From positions 1 through 35,642 of the forward strand of contig CAZFIR010000038.1 in the NCBI GenBank assembly GCA_964519535.1: DNA of 35,642 bases, in the 5' to 3' direction. The notes below the pieces were generated by a model that worked only from the letters and a program-made list of their open reading frames with translations, searched no databases and had not been told where the DNA came from. Made by a program: the position numbers and the translations under genes. This DNA is from an uncultured Thermodesulfobacteriota bacterium. GTDB taxonomy: Bacteria > Desulfobacterota > B13-G15 > RBG-16-54-18. Numbering within the stretch: the stretch's first letter is position 1; every line of letters begins with the position of its first letter. Of the stretch, positions 1 through 9,358 are shown piece after piece.

Positions 1-1
1 G

Positions 2-1390
2 GGACAAAATCCAGCCTGCTCCGGTGCCAATGCCAACAAGACGAGGCAGGCGTTGACCAAGCTGAAATGGCTGGTGAATGTCAATATGTTTGATAACGAA
101 ACCGCTTCCTTCTGGAAGGGGCCGGGGATGGATCCCAAAAAGGTCCAGACCGAGGTCTTCTTCCTTCCCTGCGCAGTGTCGGCAGAGAAGGAGGGCTCGA
201 TTACGAACTCCGGCCGCTGGATGCAGTGGCGCTATGCAGCTGCCAAACCGCCGGGGAAGGCCCTCCCTGACGGTGATATGATCGTCGAGCTCTTCGCAAA
301 GATACAAGAGCTCTACCGAAAAGAGGGCGGAGTCTTGCCCGAGCCGATCATCAACCTCAAATGGGACTACACAACCAGGGGCAAATTCGACGCACATAAG
401 GTAGCAAAAGAGATCAACGGCTATTTCTTGAAGGACGTCACCATCAAGGATACAACCTATAAGAAAGGGACCCTCGTTCCCTCATTCGCCTTCCTGCAGG
501 CAGACGGCTCCACCTCTTCGGGCAACTGGCTCTACTGCAATTCTTACACCGAGAAGGGGAACATGGCCGCCCGTAGGGGCCTGAAAGATACCTCCGGCAT
601 CGGGCTCTACCTCGAGTGGTCATGGTGCTGGCCGGTGAACCGCCGGATCATCTACAACCGGGCCTCGGTAGACCTCAAGGGTCAACCGTGGGATACGAAG
701 CATCCGGTAATCAGCTGGACAGGCGAAAAGTGGGTGGGTGATGTGCCTGACGGTGGGTGGCCACCTATGGCCAATCCCGATGGGACTCGTAACCCCAATT
801 CCAAGTACCCCTTCATCATGAAGGAAGAGGGGTATGCCCACATCTTCGGCCCGGGTCGTCCTGATGGACCCTTCCCCGAGCACTATGAACCATTGGAGTG
901 TCCGGTGGAGCGGAACCTGATGAGCTCTCAGTTCATCAACCCGACGGTGAAGCAATTTGAGACCGAGATGGACAAACGCTTCACCTGCGATCCGCGGTAC
1001 CCCTTTGTGGGCACCACCTATCGGGTCACCGAACACTGGCAGAGCGGTGTGGCCACGAGATGGCAGCCGTGGTTGCTCGAGGCACAGCCCCAGCAGTTCT
1101 GCGAGATGAGTGAGGAGTTGGCAAAACTGAGGGGCATCAAGAATGGTGACAACGTTATCGTGGAGTCTGGTCGCGGCAGGGTGACCGCGGTGGCCATGGT
1201 TACCAAGCGGTTTAGACCCCTCACTGTTATGGGGCAGACCGTCCATGAAGTCGGGTTACCGTGGTGCTACGGCTGGGTGCACCCCAAAGATGGTGGTGAC
1301 TCCTCTAACCTGTTGACCCCGTCGGTGGGCGACCCCAACACAAAAATACCTGAGACCAAGGCGTTCATGGTGAACGTGCGCAAGGCATAA
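2..1390 (+). CDS. fdhA: Formate dehydrogenase catalytic (molybdopterin) alpha subunit, C-terminal part; the 5' end lies upstream of the window
   Basis: The frame is open from position 2 with no stop; the track ORF merely begins at an internal TTG at 53. The sequence looks like the C-terminal domains of a molybdopterin oxidoreductase. It is followed by an FdhB-type ferredoxin subunit, FdhE and FdhD. AGGAGG of the next gene sits right after its stop. Confidence 0.85.
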   Translation, partial: GQNPACSGANANKTRQALTKLKWLVNVNMFDNETASFWKGPGMDPKKVQTEVFFLPCAVSAEKEGSITNSGRWMQWRYAAAKPPGKALPDGDMIVELFAKIQELYRKEGGVLPEPIINLKWDYTTRGKFDAHKVAKEINGYFLKDVTIKDTTYKKGTLVPSFAFLQADGSTSSGNWLYCNSYTEKGNMAARRGLKDTSGIGLYLEWSWCWPVNRRIIYNRASVDLKGQPWDTKHPVISWTGEKWVGDVPDGGWPPMANPDGTRNPNSKYPFIMKEEGYAHIFGPGRPDGPFPEHYEPLECPVERNLMSSQFINPTVKQFETEMDKRFTCDPRYPFVGTTYRVTEHWQSGVATRWQPWLLEAQPQQFCEMSEELAKLRGIKNGDNVIVESGRGRVTAVAMVTKRFRPLTVMGQTVHEVGLPWCYGWVHPKDGGDSSNLLTPSVGDPNTKIPETKAFMVNVRKA

Positions 1391-1403
1391 AGGAGGAGAT
1401 CCT

Positions 1404-2141
1404 ATGGCTGATAAAACGTTCTTTATCGATACTACCCGGTGCACCGCTTGTCGTGGCTGTCAGGTAGCGTGCAAAGAGTGGAACCAGAACCCCGCTACCA
1501 AGACCAAGAACTGGGGAAGTCACCAGAACCCTGCGGATCTCTCCTTTGAGACCTATAAGCTCGTTCGCTTCTCTGAGGTGGTCTCGGATGGGGAGCTCCG
1601 GTGGTACTTCTTCCCCGATCAGTGCCGCCACTGTATAGAGCCTCCGTGTAAAGAGATCGCCGAGGCCCTCGGGTACAAGAAGGCTATCACACAAGATGCG
1701 GCGACCGGCGCGGTGCTCTTTAATCAGAAGGTAAAGGTAAAAGCGGAGGACTTCGAGGAGATCAGGGATGCCTGTCCCTTTAACATCCCGAGATATGATC
1801 CCAAGCAGATGGCTATTGCTAAATGCACCATGTGCATTGACCGTGTCTCCAACGGGCTGTTACCTGCCTGCGTCAAGACCTGTCCCACAGGGACCATGAA
1901 TTTTGGCGATCGGAGCCAGATGCTGGCCCTGGGCAATAAGCGGCTGAAGGAGCTGAAGGCCCAATACCCGAAGGCCCAACTTCTCAATGCTGAGGATATC
2001 CGCACCATCTTTCTGGTCATCGATGACTCCGAGAAGTACTATGAGTTCGCCAAGGCGAACGGTCCTTTGGGTATTACACGCTTGGTGGCTATGAAGAAGC
2101 TCATCAGCCCCCTGGTGCGTCTGTCAGGATTGAAGGGATAG
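1404..2141 (+). CDS. fdhB: Formate dehydrogenase iron-sulfur (beta) subunit, 4x[4Fe-4S] ferredoxin type, with no obvious C-terminal membrane anchor
   Basis: The N-terminus reads FFIDTTRCTACRGCQVACKEWN, and further Cys clusters are present (CRHCIEPPC, CPFNIP, CTMCIDR, CVKTCP). The RBS AGGAGG lies 6 nt upstream of the ATG. Confidence 0.85.
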   Translation: MADKTFFIDTTRCTACRGCQVACKEWNQNPATKTKNWGSHQNPADLSFETYKLVRFSEVVSDGELRWYFFPDQCRHCIEPPCKEIAEALGYKKAITQDAATGAVLFNQKVKVKAEDFEEIRDACPFNIPRYDPKQMAIAKCTMCIDRVSNGLLPACVKTCPTGTMNFGDRSQMLALGNKRLKELKAQYPKAQLLNAEDIRTIFLVIDDSEKYYEFAKANGPLGITRLVAMKKLISPLVRLSGLKG

Positions 2142-2169
2142 TTTTTCCCTTCATGCACTATAAATGGAT

Positions 2170-2216
2170 GGGCTTGTCTTGAGAGGTTCCCTTTCAGGAC
2201 AAGCCCTTTCTTTCTT
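2170..2216 (+). terminator. Intrinsic terminator after fdhB
   Basis: GGGCUUGUC (2170-2178) pairs with GACAAGCCC (2198-2206). The stem extends inward with G-U pairs to about 17 bp and is followed by UUUCUUUCUU. Confidence 0.6.
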
Positions 2217-2261
2217 CAGGTGAATGGTATAGTATAGATAAATAGGGAGAGGATTGTTCAT

Positions 2262-3164
2262 ATGGCGGAGTTGCTTGATCGGATCAGAGAGCGGATTGCA
2301 CGGTTTCAAAAAGAGAGGCCGCACTATCGGGAGATCCTCGATCTCTACGCCTTGATTCTTGAGGAACAGGTGAAAATGCTCCGTCAGGTACAGATCACCG
2401 TGCCCAAGGTGGATAAGAAACTCGTGAAGTCACGTTTGGGGGAAGGCCTTCCTCTGCTGGGGAGAGAGGGATTCGCAATAGACCTTGAGGCAGCGCAAAA
2501 ACTCTTTTATACCCTGAGCTTGATCGGACAGGGCGCAACCGCGAAGATGGGTGATGCAATTCCGAGAATCTCAAAGTCGGCAGAGGCGGGCGAGCTGGAT
2601 CTGAGAGATATATTCAGTAAGCACTACGATGAAATGTATCTCGCTCAAGAGGCTGAGCAATGCGGTTTAGATACGGGCATTCTCGCCTTCTTGGTCCGGG
2701 CCAGTGTCAGACCTTCTGTAATAGCCCAGATGGAGCAGCTGCGGGGTGCTCTCAACCTGGAAGAGTGGCTGCAGGGGCAGTGTCCCCTCTGTGGATCTGC
2801 CCCCCAGATAGCCCAGTTGAGGGATGAGGAGGGGAAGAGGTATCTGCAGTGCTCGTTTTGCAGTTGTCAGTGGCGCTGGGAGCGCATAGCCTGTCCCTCG
2901 TGCCACAACAAGGACTTGGACTCACTGCACTACCTCTACGCCGAAGAGGAAGAGGCCTACCGGGTGGATCTCTGCGATCAGTGCAGAGGATATATCAAGA
3001 CGGTGGATTCGCGCAAACTCGATTACGAGCCCTCTTTGGATCTCGAGGACATCGTCACCATGCACCTCGACATCCTTGCCTTCGAGAAGGGATACCGCAG
3101 AACTGCCCCGACCCCCTGGGGTCCATGGTCGTTACACGAGGGAGGTGTGGTTGGGCGTGCTTAA
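2262..3164 (+). CDS. fdhE: Formate dehydrogenase accessory protein FdhE
   Basis: It has the FdhE-type paired CxxC motifs: CPLCGS, CSFCSCQW, CPSCHN and CDQCRGYIK. It sits between fdhB and fdhD. Confidence 0.85.
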   Translation: MAELLDRIRERIARFQKERPHYREILDLYALILEEQVKMLRQVQITVPKVDKKLVKSRLGEGLPLLGREGFAIDLEAAQKLFYTLSLIGQGATAKMGDAIPRISKSAEAGELDLRDIFSKHYDEMYLAQEAEQCGLDTGILAFLVRASVRPSVIAQMEQLRGALNLEEWLQGQCPLCGSAPQIAQLRDEEGKRYLQCSFCSCQWRWERIACPSCHNKDLDSLHYLYAEEEEAYRVDLCDQCRGYIKTVDSRKLDYEPSLDLEDIVTMHLDILAFEKGYRRTAPTPWGPWSLHEGGVVGRA

Positions 3165-3912
3165 GAAACGCTCTGCCATTCTGGTACAGGATGGAAAGGC
3201 GAAGGAGATTGAAGACTGGGTCGCCGCTGAGGACTCATACGAGCTCTATATTAATAATGCCCTGATCGATGCCATTGTAGTCTCCCCCTTAGACCTTGAG
3301 GCCCATGCCGTCGGCTACGTCGTAACTGAGGGACTTGTTGAACCGGATGAGGTGGAGGGAGTGAGTCAAAAGGGGTGCCGGGTCTTCATCAAGACCAGTG
3401 ATGGCAAGGACGTTGTTCCGTCAAAGACCGTCTGGCGGAATTCGGCCTATAGGGGGAGCAACGGGCCATCAATTACCCCGATTTCCTCAAACGTCTTGAT
3501 CGAACCGGCCTTGATCGTGCAGTGTGCACGACAGATTACCGAACAGGCTAAAAACTGGAAAAAGTCCGGGGGTGTTCATATCTCGTTGCTCTTTAATTCG
3601 GAGGGTGAGCTGATCAAGGCCGCCGAAGACATCGGGCGGCACAACAGTGTGGACAAGGTAGTAGGGTACGCCCTCCTTCACGGCATCCCTCTGGCCGAAA
3701 CCATACTGGCGTGCAGTGGCCGGCAGCCTGAGGGGATGGTCCTGAAGGCCGCTCGGGCGAAGATACCCATTGTTCTCACCAAGGCCGCCGTGACCGATAA
3801 AGGGTTTGATATTGCACAGCAATTGGGGGTGACCCTCATCGGCTTTGCCCGTGATGATCGGTTTACCCTATACACGCACCCGGAGAGGGTGCAGGTTGTC
3901 TTTGCGTCATAA
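3157..3912 (+). CDS. fdhD: Sulfurtransferase FdhD (formate dehydrogenase maturation)
   Basis: FdhD signatures are present: GGVHISLLF and EDIGRHNSVDKVVGY. The track ORF starts at 3076, but GTG 3157 (or TTG 3151) follows GGGAGG at 3138-3143 and overlaps the fdhE stop, so I prefer it. The start is uncertain by about 30 codons. Confidence 0.8.
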   Translation: MLKKRSAILVQDGKAKEIEDWVAAEDSYELYINNALIDAIVVSPLDLEAHAVGYVVTEGLVEPDEVEGVSQKGCRVFIKTSDGKDVVPSKTVWRNSAYRGSNGPSITPISSNVLIEPALIVQCARQITEQAKNWKKSGGVHISLLFNSEGELIKAAEDIGRHNSVDKVVGYALLHGIPLAETILACSGRQPEGMVLKAARAKIPIVLTKAAVTDKGFDIAQQLGVTLIGFARDDRFTLYTHPERVQVVFAS

Positions 3913-3962
3913 TTGCGATAAAATTTATTGAGAACGGCTCATTTTACATTGAGGGGTGAACA

Positions 3963-5060
3963 ATGAAGAGAACATTAACCACGATATTTATCACTTTAGT
4001 ACTCTTACTGAGCGTCGTGATTTCCGCCGCTTTGGCGGAGAAGACGCAGGTCACCATCCTCCTCTACAGCAACAATATCAACGGCCAGATCTATCCCGCC
4101 GGGTGAGGGTCGTCCAGATCTGGCGGTCTTGCCAGAAGGGCAGGGGTGATACAGGAAATCAAAAATGATGGGAAGGACGTTCTCATTGTGGATGCAGGGG
4201 ATCTCCTCTATTATAGAAATGTACAGCCCGCCCTGCCCGCTGCCCAGAAAAAAGAGGCCGTGTTGAACGCCCAATTGATAGTCGACGCCTTCAATCTCAT
4301 GGGGTGCGACGTCGTGGGCATAGGAGAGGATGACCTCAGGCTGGGTGCCAAGGACTTCGCGCACATGAAAAAAAAGGCCGCCTTTCCCTTTGTTTCCGCC
4401 AATGTGGTCAGCAAGGGCGTCCGCCACGTATCAGTCCCCTCCGTGATCAAGAACGCAGGGGGTCTGCGGTGGGGGATTTTCAGCCTCATGAGTGCCAACC
4501 CGTCTTCACAAGACCAAACCCGGGACTGGAAGGTACTGGATCCGGTGCGTAAGGGCAAGGAGATGGTAGAGGAATTGCAGGGTAAGGCCGATGTCATTAT
4601 TCTCCTTGCAGCCATGCCTTTGCAGGAGCTTACGGACCTCCTCTCCCACGTGTCAGGGATAACGATCGCTGTGGCCGGGCACAATCCAACAGGGTTGAGA
4701 AGGGCCCTGCAGGTGGGGCAGACCATCGTGGTTGGCAGCTACGCCTATGGCAGATATCTGGGGGTGTTGACACTCTCCATCAAGGGCCCCGACGCGCCCT
4801 TTGTCGATGAGGCCAAGATCATGCAACTGGAGAGAGAACTGGATGTGCTGGAGGGCACGATCAAGCAAGGGACATCGGGATCGTTGACAGAGCGCAAGCA
4901 AAAGCTGAAGGCCGAACTCGAGGAGTTGAGGCAGGGTAATAGCTATCGCAATGAGCTCGTCGTCCTCTCATCCAGAATCCGGGAAGACCACGCGGTGCAG
5001 AAATTGATCAGAGATTTCAGCGCGCAGCGGAACAAGCTGAATACAGGATGCTCTGAATAA
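3963..5060 (+). CDS. Secreted calcineurin-like/5'-nucleotidase-like metallophosphoesterase homologue with degenerate metal-binding motifs, interrupted by an in-frame TGA at 4104-4106 (recoding or pseudogene)
   Basis: ATG 3963 follows the RBS GAGGGG and encodes a signal peptide, MKRTLTTIFITLVLLLSVVISAALA. The same frame continues through TGA 4104 into the track ORF 4146-5060 (GGLARRAGVIQEIKNDGKDVLIVDAGD). That is one continuous metallophosphoesterase fold. Confidence 0.6.
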
Positions 5061-5394
5061 TAGATGCTTGGGGGGCTGTAAGACTATGATTCAGCACAGT
5101 TCAAGATGTCAGGCGGGAGTTTTTCCGCATCATTTAGCCATGGTGCAGATTCATCAACCAGTTGATCGTCCTGTGGATACCTGGAACCTGTAGCTTCAGT
5201 AACCGTGGTTGTCAGTATCATTCCATAGCGCACATGCGCGAGCGTGTTAAGAGTAAAAATGCGGTCTCAACATTTCGACCTTAACGATGAAGGCCTTTTT
5301 GATTTTCCTCGTCAACCTCAATAGGCTCTTTGCTTGTTTTCACTCAATCATGAGAGGCATGCGGATCACAGTCTAGGGATAGCTCAGGGGTATC

Positions 5395-6210
5395 TTGTCA
5401 GATGACGCTCAATGGTTTGCAACGATGATTCAGAGGGGGAAGCGAAAAAATAGTGCGTGCACTTTGAGACCCATTGCTGTTTGTTTTCTTGTATTGATGT
5501 TGACTATGGGTTGCGCACAAAGGTTTCGCGTTGGTCCCGACTCTGAGGCTGCTGTTCCCCCGGAAGGTCTTGCCCCGATGGGTTATACGGTCCAGCTTGG
5601 GGCGTTCTCAAAACTATCCAACGCTGTTCGGCTATCAGAGACATTACTGCAACGCGGCTTGAATGCCTATTACTTTGTTCACAGAACGGGGCTCTACAAG
5701 GTTCGGTTTGGGAATTTTGCGTCAAAAGAGCGTGCCCGAAGCCATGCCGAAGACCTTCATGTCTTAGGTATTATTAATGAATATTTCATTGTCGGTCCGG
5801 AAGACTATCCTCAAGACCCCAGACCCGGAAAGCCATATCTGAAGAATGAGATCGTCAGAACGGCAAGGAGTTTTCTCGGTGTGCCCTATCGGTGGGGCGG
5901 CACATCATCCGCGGAGGGGTTTGATTGCAGCGGATTTTCGATGACGGTATATCAGCTCAACGGCCTCAACATGCCGAGATCGTCAAAGGCACAATGGGAG
6001 GCCGGTATGCCGATCGATCGCGATCAATTATCAAAGGGTGACCTCGTCTTTTTTGATCCTACGGGAAGCGGAGAGGTATCTCACGTGGGTATCTACCTTG
6101 GTGAGAATAACATAATCCATGCACCAGGATGGGGTAAAAAGATACGGATCGATTCCCTTTCGAAGGGATATTACCGTCGGCATTTTGTTGGGGTGAGATC
6201 GTATTTGTAG
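5395..6210 (+). CDS. Lipoprotein with a SPOR domain and an NlpC/P60 (C40) peptidoglycan endopeptidase domain
   Basis: A lipobox LTMGC is present. The SPOR-like segment reads YTVQLGAFSKLSNA...YKVRFGNF. NlpC/P60 motifs are PYRWGG...FDCSGF...SHVGIY...IHAP. An alternative start is ATG 5425. Confidence 0.8.
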   Translation: MSDDAQWFATMIQRGKRKNSACTLRPIAVCFLVLMLTMGCAQRFRVGPDSEAAVPPEGLAPMGYTVQLGAFSKLSNAVRLSETLLQRGLNAYYFVHRTGLYKVRFGNFASKERARSHAEDLHVLGIINEYFIVGPEDYPQDPRPGKPYLKNEIVRTARSFLGVPYRWGGTSSAEGFDCSGFSMTVYQLNGLNMPRSSKAQWEAGMPIDRDQLSKGDLVFFDPTGSGEVSHVGIYLGENNIIHAPGWGKKIRIDSLSKGYYRRHFVGVRSYL

Positions 6211-6230
6211 CTGTGACGGCTGTATTGTTG

Positions 6231-6872
6231 TTATTTCGGCTTGCGAAAATTGAGGGTATAGCTCCACCAGTTGCCGTAGCGTTCTTCCAACTCAAATCCT
6301 GCCTCTTCTGCCCAGCGGATCGTTGTTCTGGCCAAGGGATAGTCGGGGTCTAAGAACTCTTCCGTGATTGAGAGCACTCCCCCCGGTTTGAGTACCCGTC
6401 GGAGTTCTTTCAACGCACGTTTTCGATCCGGGATCTCTGGCAAGACGGTCACTAAAAAGGCGCGATCGACGGTCTCTTTTCCCACCGGCAGGTGTGAGGC
6501 ATCGGCAATGTGGGTCTCGACGTTGGTCAGCTTCGAGTCGCTCACCTTTCGTTTCACCGCGGCGATCATGGCGGGCTGGATGTCCACAGCCAAGAGTTTT
6601 CCTCCTGGTTCCGTACGGCGCGCCGCCTCTATGGTAAAGGCCCCCGGGCCCGGTCCTAGTTCCAATACTCTCTCGCCGGGGCGGATGCCGACGCGAGCAA
6701 GGACCGGACGCATGTACCAACGGCGGATGGAATTGTCTACGATCCACCGAAACGAGGCAGGACATGCTCCCCGCTCGGTCACCTTTGAGAGCAACCTGAC
6801 TACCACGAGCCAGACAAAGAGCAGCCCAACGCATCCGATGAGGGCGATCCGTAGCGCTCTGGTCACATCCAT
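6231..6872 (-). CDS. Class I SAM-dependent methyltransferase with an N-terminal transmembrane helix
   Basis: Motif I reads VLELGPGPGAFT and the post-I motif reads LLAVDIQ. The N-terminus is hydrophobic. It is the last gene of the feo operon on the same strand. Confidence 0.8.
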   Translation of the reverse strand: MDVTRALRIALIGCVGLLFVWLVVVRLLSKVTERGACPASFRWIVDNSIRRWYMRPVLARVGIRPGERVLELGPGPGAFTIEAARRTEPGGKLLAVDIQPAMIAAVKRKVSDSKLTNVETHIADASHLPVGKETVDRAFLVTVLPEIPDRKRALKELRRVLKPGGVLSITEEFLDPDYPLARTTIRWAEEAGFELEERYGNWWSYTLNFRKPK

Positions 6873-6916
6873 AATGCATTCCGCTGTTTAGCCATGTGAG
6901 ATCGGGGCTGTTCCCA

Positions 6917-9094
6917 CTATCCCCAGCTGAGGAGCATTCCTCCCCGGTAGATGATAAAGGCCAAGATCCAGGCTAGGGCAAGGCCGTAGCCGACCGAGAA
7001 GGCCGTCCACCCCCAGGACCCTGTCTCACGCCGAATGGCCGCTACGGTGGCCAGACAGGGGGTGTAGGCCAAGACAAAAATCATAAAGGCATATCCGACC
7101 AGCGGTGTCATGGCATGCTGGATGGCCGCGCGGAGGCCTTCGCTTTTTTCTCCCTCATCTCTGCCAACCTGATAGAGGACGCCGAAGGTGCTGACCACGA
7201 TCTCCTTCGCGACAAAGCCGGTGAGCAGGGCCACGCCCGCCCTCCAGTCAAAGCCCACGGGGTGCAGGACCGGGGCGATGACCTTCCCCAACCTCCCCAG
7301 AAGGCTCCTTTCCTGGAATTCCATTTTTTGGAGGGTCTCTATCTCGCCGATCTTCTCATCCATCTTTGCGGCGAGCACCTCGGCCTTTGCTGCGTCTGCC
7401 CTTTGGATCACCGCTGCGTACTCCTCGTGGATATGGCTTTTTTGTGCTTCGTAATCCCTGGAGTAGTCCACGCTCTGGGGGAAGGAGCTGAGGGCCCACA
7501 CGATGATAGACCCGAGGAGGATCACCCCCCCCATCTTTTTGATAAAGATGGAACCGCGCTCCCACATGTGGATAACGGTCCCCTTGAGGGTCGGCATGCG
7601 GTAGGGGGGAAGCTCTAAAACAAACGGTGCGATCTCCCCCCTGAAGAGGGTCCGTTTAAAGATCTGGCCCATCAGGATGGCCATGGCGATGCCGATGAGA
7701 TAGATGGAGAAGATGACGTTGCCCGCGCGGGCCCCGAAGAGTGCCCCGGCGATGAGCACGTAGACGGGCAGCTTGCCGCTGCAGCTGATCAGCGGATTGA
7801 TCAGGATGCTGAGGATCCTGTCCCTCCTGCTCTCCAGTACGCGTGTCGCCATAATGGCCGGCACATTGCAGCCGAACCCCATGATCATGGGGATGAAGGA
7901 TTTGCCGTGCAGCCCCAGGGTGTGCATGACCTTGTCCATGATGAAGGCGGCCCTCGCCATGTATCCCGTATCCTCAAAGAGGGCGATGCAGAAAAAGAGG
8001 ATGAAGATATTGGGAAGGAACACGGCCACGCCGCCGACGCCGCTGATAATCCCGTCGACGACGAGACCCCTGAGAAGCCCTTCTCCCATCAGCCCCCCGA
8101 CGAATTCGGTGAGGAGCCCCACCCCGGCGTCGATCCATGCCATGGGATAGCTGCCGAGGTTGAAGGTGAGTTGGAACATGGCCCAGATAAAGAAGATGAA
8201 GATCGGAAACCCGAACAGCCGATTGGTCAGGACCGTATCCACCTGATCGGAGAGGTATCGTCTGTCTTTTTTGGAATGGTGCAGTGTCTCTTTGAGGGCC
8301 CCGTGGATGAATCCGTAGCGGCGGTCGGCTATGAGGGATTCCGGGTCATCGCCCAGTATCTGTTGGAGGCGGAGCTTGCTGCGTTGCAGCTGATCAAGGA
8401 TGGCCTTCTTTCGGGGTTTCTTTTCGATCTCCTTGATGACCTCTTCGTCGTTTTCCAGGAGCTTGATCCCCATCCACCGGGCATGGTGCTCATCCATTGA
8501 TGATCGAGCGGAACGGATCATCCCCTGCACCTTTGCGATCTCCTCTTCGAGTTCCCTGCCGTAATCGATATGGATGTGCCGGGTGACCGATTCTCTATCC
8601 TCCGCCACCCTGACGATGGCCTCTAACAACTCCTTGGTTCCCCGCCCTTTGGTCCCCACCGTTGGTATGATGGGGACGCCCATGAGGAGGGCAAGCTGCT
8701 CGTGATCGATGATCTGCCCCCTCGAGTGGGCAAGATCCACCATATTGAGGGCGAAGACCAGTTTGACACCGAGGTCGATCAACTGCGATGCTAGATAGAG
8801 ATTGCGTTCCAGGTTTGAGGCGTCGATCACGTTGACCACGAGATCGGGTTTTTCCTCGATGATGTAGTTGCGCGCGATGATCTCCTCTTGAGAGTATGGG
8901 GTCAGGCTGTAGGTCCCGGGGAGGTCGACCACATGGATGGTGTAGCCGCCATAGGTAGCGGTCCCCTCCTTCTTCTCGACGGTGACACCGGGCCAGTTTC
9001 CCACCTTTTGGCGTGCACCTGTCAGGTTGTTGAAGATGGTCGTCTTTCCGGAATTCGGGTTGCCCGCGAGGGCGATGGTGATTTCCTTGGCCAT
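6917..9094 (-). CDS. feoB: Ferrous iron transporter FeoB
   Basis: The N-terminal G-domain has GNPNSGKTT and DLPG. A large polytopic membrane domain follows. The 725-aa length is typical of FeoB. Confidence 0.95.
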   Translation of the reverse strand: MAKEITIALAGNPNSGKTTIFNNLTGARQKVGNWPGVTVEKKEGTATYGGYTIHVVDLPGTYSLTPYSQEEIIARNYIIEEKPDLVVNVIDASNLERNLYLASQLIDLGVKLVFALNMVDLAHSRGQIIDHEQLALLMGVPIIPTVGTKGRGTKELLEAIVRVAEDRESVTRHIHIDYGRELEEEIAKVQGMIRSARSSMDEHHARWMGIKLLENDEEVIKEIEKKPRKKAILDQLQRSKLRLQQILGDDPESLIADRRYGFIHGALKETLHHSKKDRRYLSDQVDTVLTNRLFGFPIFIFFIWAMFQLTFNLGSYPMAWIDAGVGLLTEFVGGLMGEGLLRGLVVDGIISGVGGVAVFLPNIFILFFCIALFEDTGYMARAAFIMDKVMHTLGLHGKSFIPMIMGFGCNVPAIMATRVLESRRDRILSILINPLISCSGKLPVYVLIAGALFGARAGNVIFSIYLIGIAMAILMGQIFKRTLFRGEIAPFVLELPPYRMPTLKGTVIHMWERGSIFIKKMGGVILLGSIIVWALSSFPQSVDYSRDYEAQKSHIHEEYAAVIQRADAAKAEVLAAKMDEKIGEIETLQKMEFQERSLLGRLGKVIAPVLHPVGFDWRAGVALLTGFVAKEIVVSTFGVLYQVGRDEGEKSEGLRAAIQHAMTPLVGYAFMIFVLAYTPCLATVAAIRRETGSWGWTAFSVGYGLALAWILAFIIYRGGMLLSWG

Positions 9095-9348
9095 TAGTCC
9101 TCTCTTGACTCTTCCTCGGTTTTTCGCACCAACACCCGGTCGGCCTCTTCATGTCTCAGGCTGACGTGGTAGCCCTTCAGGACGTATTCAATGGGGTCCT
9201 TCAGGGGGGCATATTTTTCCACCATAATCTCCGTTCCCGGGACAAAGCCCATCTCCATGAGCCGCTGCCTGAACCTGCCCGTCCCCGTGATCCGTTCAAT
9301 GATGCCCCGCTCTCCGGTCCTCAGCTCATTCAGTTTTCGCACAGCCAT
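9094..9348 (-). CDS. feoA: FeoA family protein
   Basis: It is an 84-aa SH3-like FeoA sequence (GERGIIERI...RLMEMGFVPGTEI). Its stop overlaps the feoB start (TAATG). Confidence 0.85.
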   Translation of the reverse strand: MAVRKLNELRTGERGIIERITGTGRFRQRLMEMGFVPGTEIMVEKYAPLKDPIEYVLKGYHVSLRHEEADRVLVRKTEEESRED

Positions 9349-9358
9349 CCCCCGTGCC

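Noticed and set aside
620-1246. Antisense and alternate-frame ORFs within fdhA. Similar ORFs lie at 6292-6879, 6364-6891, 7907-8500, 8595-9152, 15926-16564 and 25908-26660.
   Set aside because: All of them overlap genes with strong family signatures. They show the biased composition expected of non-coding frames.
3956-4168. Track ORF of 70 aa (MNNEENINHDIYHF...)
   Set aside because: It is out of frame with the well-supported ATG 3963, which has an RBS and a signal peptide. It has no recognisable features and merely overlaps the real gene's 5' end.
5070-5100. GGGGGGCTGTAAGAC..., reminiscent of a tmRNA 5' end
   Set aside because: No tRNA-like 3' end (T-loop plus CCA-proximal acceptor) and no tag reading frame occur within the following 350 nt.
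5376-5394. GGGATAGCTCAGGGGTA, which resembles a tRNA D-arm (TAGCTCAG)
   Set aside because: The D-stem cannot close because no GAGC follows. No T-arm (GTTCGAATC-like) or acceptor pairing lies downstream.
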